The translations under genes and the position numbers were made by a program. A DNA stretch of 63,961 nt, filler included, from Vannella sp. (taxonomy: Eukaryota), in assembly GCA_023345925.1 (NCBI GenBank). It is 7 parts of 7 records of this genome, joined end to end, with 100 filler letters (N's around TTAATTAATTAA, not from the genome) between each part and the next. Parts side by side here need not be neighbours in the genome. Positions count along the whole stretch, not along the records: positions 59,330 to 63,961 come from JAJQQN010001050.1; 6 more parts are not named here. One strand, given 5' to 3'. The notes beneath the pieces were generated by a model. The model was not told where the DNA came from and did no database searches. It saw only the letters and a list, made by a program, of their open reading frames with translations. Of this stretch, positions 59,330-63,961 are shown piece after piece; positions within the stretch are counted from its first letter, which is position 1; each line of letters begins with the position of its first letter.

Positions 59330-60052
59330 GCTTTACTCCCGCGCTTTCGTCGTCTTCATTCTCTCATGTCGGGCACCCAAAGGAGAGAAGTGTTAACATC
59401 CAAACAGAACCAGGAGAACGAGACCTACCCTCTATTGACACTTGTTTTGGAGGCTTTTGGGCAGCCAGTCCGTGGCTCGCCAGCAGACAACGCAAAAGAA
59501 ACGTATGATGCCCTTCCTTTCGGCACCCGTCTGTTGAGCAGCTACATTGCGACAAACACATTCAGCCATGAGTTTGAGTTGCGAATAGGGAAGATCTTTA
59601 GCTGGTGCCTTCCTGAGAAGGCATCAGGTTCTGTTGATGCATTCAAGGAGGAATTGCGGAGTCTTCTTGAGCATTACAAAGAACAGCAAAAAGACTCCAC
59701 TGCTCATCTCCATCTGGTGGGCCCAAAGTGCTCCACTTGCGCAAAAGTGATAACTGGTGATAGATACAAGTGCGTGTATTGTTTAGACGTGGAGATATGC
59801 CAAGATTGCGAGGAGGTCAATCAGAAGGAGAAGTTGCACGACATTGAACACATGTACATCAAGATTTACCAGGGAAGGACATTCTCTTGGAAGGCTGTTT
59901 GGCAACACCGAACCAAGAGCCTCCCTCCCCTTGCTAGCACTTCTGCTGTGACTCGGATGATCACTCCAGCTATTCTCACTTCAGGAGTTCCCATCTCCAA
60001 TGATCTAGATTCCAGCCAAGCACCGGGTTTGCTGCCAAACCCGCGCGTGTAG
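59330..60052 (+). CDS. ZZ-type zinc finger protein, 5' truncated
   Basis: CSTC..I.GDRYKCVYCLDVEICQDC..H...H. Confidence 0.85.
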   Translation, partial: ALLPRFRRLHSLMSGTQRREVLTSKQNQENETYPLLTLVLEAFGQPVRGSPADNAKETYDALPFGTRLLSSYIATNTFSHEFELRIGKIFSWCLPEKASGSVDAFKEELRSLLEHYKEQQKDSTAHLHLVGPKCSTCAKVITGDRYKCVYCLDVEICQDCEEVNQKEKLHDIEHMYIKIYQGRTFSWKAVWQHRTKSLPPLASTSAVTRMITPAILTSGVPISNDLDSSQAPGLLPNPRV

Positions 60053-60263
60053 CGCATTTATTTCGGTCTCTTATACTGAACAAGGATAATGGCTCTTTTG
60101 CAGTCGAGATGTGGTCTCAAAGCTTCGCCATCTATCCCAAGTCCTCTCCAAATCTTTTAAACAACTTTGAAGACTTCTCTTGAAGATGAACGAGGAAGGA
60201 GGCACGGGGAATGTGATCTAATGGCCAGCGGGGAGGTCTTTGGGGGCGATTAGTATATTCCAT

Positions 60264-61890
<1,627 letters not shown>

Positions 61891-61925
61891 GCCAGCACCA
61901 AATAAGGCGAAAAGAACGCCATGAG

Positions 61926-63718
61926 ATGCGCCATTCCCTTTCTGGCATGAGTGAAGAGCCTCGCTTGCGTGCTGGCACTACTATGAGTCGCAAGGCGAAG
62001 ATAAGGCGACACTCTTCCATGGTAATGGGGAAGGGACAAATGCTCTCGTGTCCAGCAAACCGGAAGGCGTCTTTAGTGGGCTGTCCGACGGGTGTCGTTG
62101 AGGTCGACTTCCCGCCTCTCTCCACGTCCTGCAACCCAGAGAAACAAAGGAATAGTACTCGCGTGTTTGGAGTGGACTTATTCCAGCTCCTCCGCAAGGA
62201 ACGAGCGCGCGCAGGTCTCTCAGAGACCCCGCGGGGCGTCAGCTTCTCCACTGGGGATGGGACAGACGACATGAGCATTCCCAATGTCGTTATCACAACC
62301 GTCCAGTATCTCCTTGACTCAGAAGGTACCAACGCCCAGCCCTTCTCTCACTTTCCGAACTGACGACCTGCGAAGGCTACAAAACCTCAGGCATCTTCCG
62401 CCTCTGCGGGCGTCACGCTGAGATACTGAAGCTACGAGAAGAGTTGGACAAAGGAGAGCCTCTCACATCACAACGACTCGCTGGTACGTTCACAAACGAG
62501 AGAAACAAGAAGGGCGTTCGCTTACTTCCCATCGAAGGTCTCGATTCGCACACGGTAGGGGACGTTTTGAAGACGTTCCTACGGTGTCTACCACATCCTG
62601 TTATTCCCGTGAAGATGTTTTACGGGCGCTTCTTGCAATTGGCCAACGTGGAGAGCGAGAAGCTGTCGACGGCCTACCTGGGTGCGTTGGTTGCAGCGTT
62701 ACCGGAGGACCGTCGAAATCTCCTGGCATATCTGTGTCAGTTCTTCCATCAGATAGTAGACTGCTCTGCAGAGAATAAGATGGGAGCTGCTAACTTGGCG
62801 ATTATCTTCTCCCCGGCATTCTTTGGGCAATATCTCACTTCGGACACTTCCCGCATTATGGCAGAGACGAAAGCTACTTCTAAGGTGACTCAGATTCTTA
62901 TTGAACGATTCCACAAGATCTTTAAGGCTCCCCATCAGCCCTTACAACTGCTCGTTGCTCAAGATACTTTCAGTGAAGGCGGAGTTTCTTTGCTACGTGG
63001 CGAGGAGCTCTCAGCTTTTGGAATGGAGGAAGGAGGCGAAGATTGTTACTTCTTCTTGAATGGAATCTTCCATCGGACCACGCAAGAGTTCCTCTTGAAG
63101 AAGTGCCGCTTTAACCCAACTATGTCGTTTTGCGCCTCAGCAAAAGAGCCGCCAGCAGAAGAGGAGAATGCAGAAAGAGAGATTGCTCTCTGCCAGTTCT
63201 TGGATATGTCGAACAACTCTCAACGCATCGCAGCTTCTACTTACATCAACGCTGGAGGCAAGAGGGCAACGCAGGAGCGGGAGCGGATCCTAGCAGAGAA
63301 TGCGGCTGTACTCGAGCTGAAACCGACCAAAGGGAGTCTGCTTCGCAGGAAATCATCGGAAGTCTTTGGGATGGGAATGCGTCGTCGGGAAGCCCCTCGC
63401 GATGCGGACGAGAAGAAAGAGAAAGATCCAGAGAAGAGAGAGAAGGATCCAGAGAAGAAGTTCAAGAAGTTACCAATCAACTGGACCTCTCATACAAGTC
63501 ACAAGAGCTCCAGTAACTTCTTTGGTTTAGCCAAAGGGCAGTCTACTGGAACTGTAGAGAAGAGAAGTCGACTCAGTAGAGAAAGGCCTGCTCCCAGTTC
63601 CCTCGGGCAGAAGGAGATCGAGGAGAATGTCATTCCAAGTCGTTGCCACTCCAATCCAAAGCGCTCTTCTATCGCCCAAACGTCACTCCGCGCCCAATCC
63701 TCAGGGAATGTGGCATAG
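61926..63718 (+). CDS. RhoGAP-domain protein (1 intron, 62326-62375)
   Basis: VFGVDL, GIFRLCG, HTVGDVLKTFLRCLP and NKMGAANLAIIFSP. The start ATG is uncertain. Confidence 0.92.
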
Positions 63719-63961
63719 TAAAGAATCGCAGGATGAATATATAACTCCTTCTCAACAGTCTTGCCCTGTACACGCAAACCTCTTGAATCCACAAGCAGAG
63801 GCCATCCTGAATCTAGCATCATCAATCTGATATAGCACGTACATGGATGGGTCGACTTGACGAGCAAAGAAGTGACAAAAAGTGAAATAGAAGTGTTAGC
63901 AGATGGGCAGAACTGCCTTTGGATTGAATCAAGTGCCGCGAATGGAATAAGAGTGAGTCAG

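Noticed and set aside
63720..63961. Possible gene fragment at the window end
   Set aside because: No frame with a recognisable motif; too short to support a call.

Overview
This is a very compact, intron-rich eukaryotic genome. A protist is likely; the RasGEF, RapGAP, RGS, RhoGEF and TKL content suggests an amoeboid lineage, which is inference only. The window is seven contigs joined by six artificial 100-nt N-TTAATTAATTAA-N linkers, so adjacency across linkers is meaningless. It holds about 30 protein genes with short (mostly 40-65 nt) GT-AG introns, two tRNAs, a decayed LINE RT fragment upstream of tRNA-Pro and a TGA-riddled pseudogene. The strongest signal is invisible in the ORF track: a 21-exon, tail-anchored ankyrin gene (27134-29831, minus strand). 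All 20 introns are phase 0, and the variable x-x-x-G beta-turn of eight repeats sits on its own 12-nt microexon, an architecture compatible with combinatorial splicing of a binding surface. Gene models were delimited by hand, so exact starts and exon boundaries need RNA-seq.
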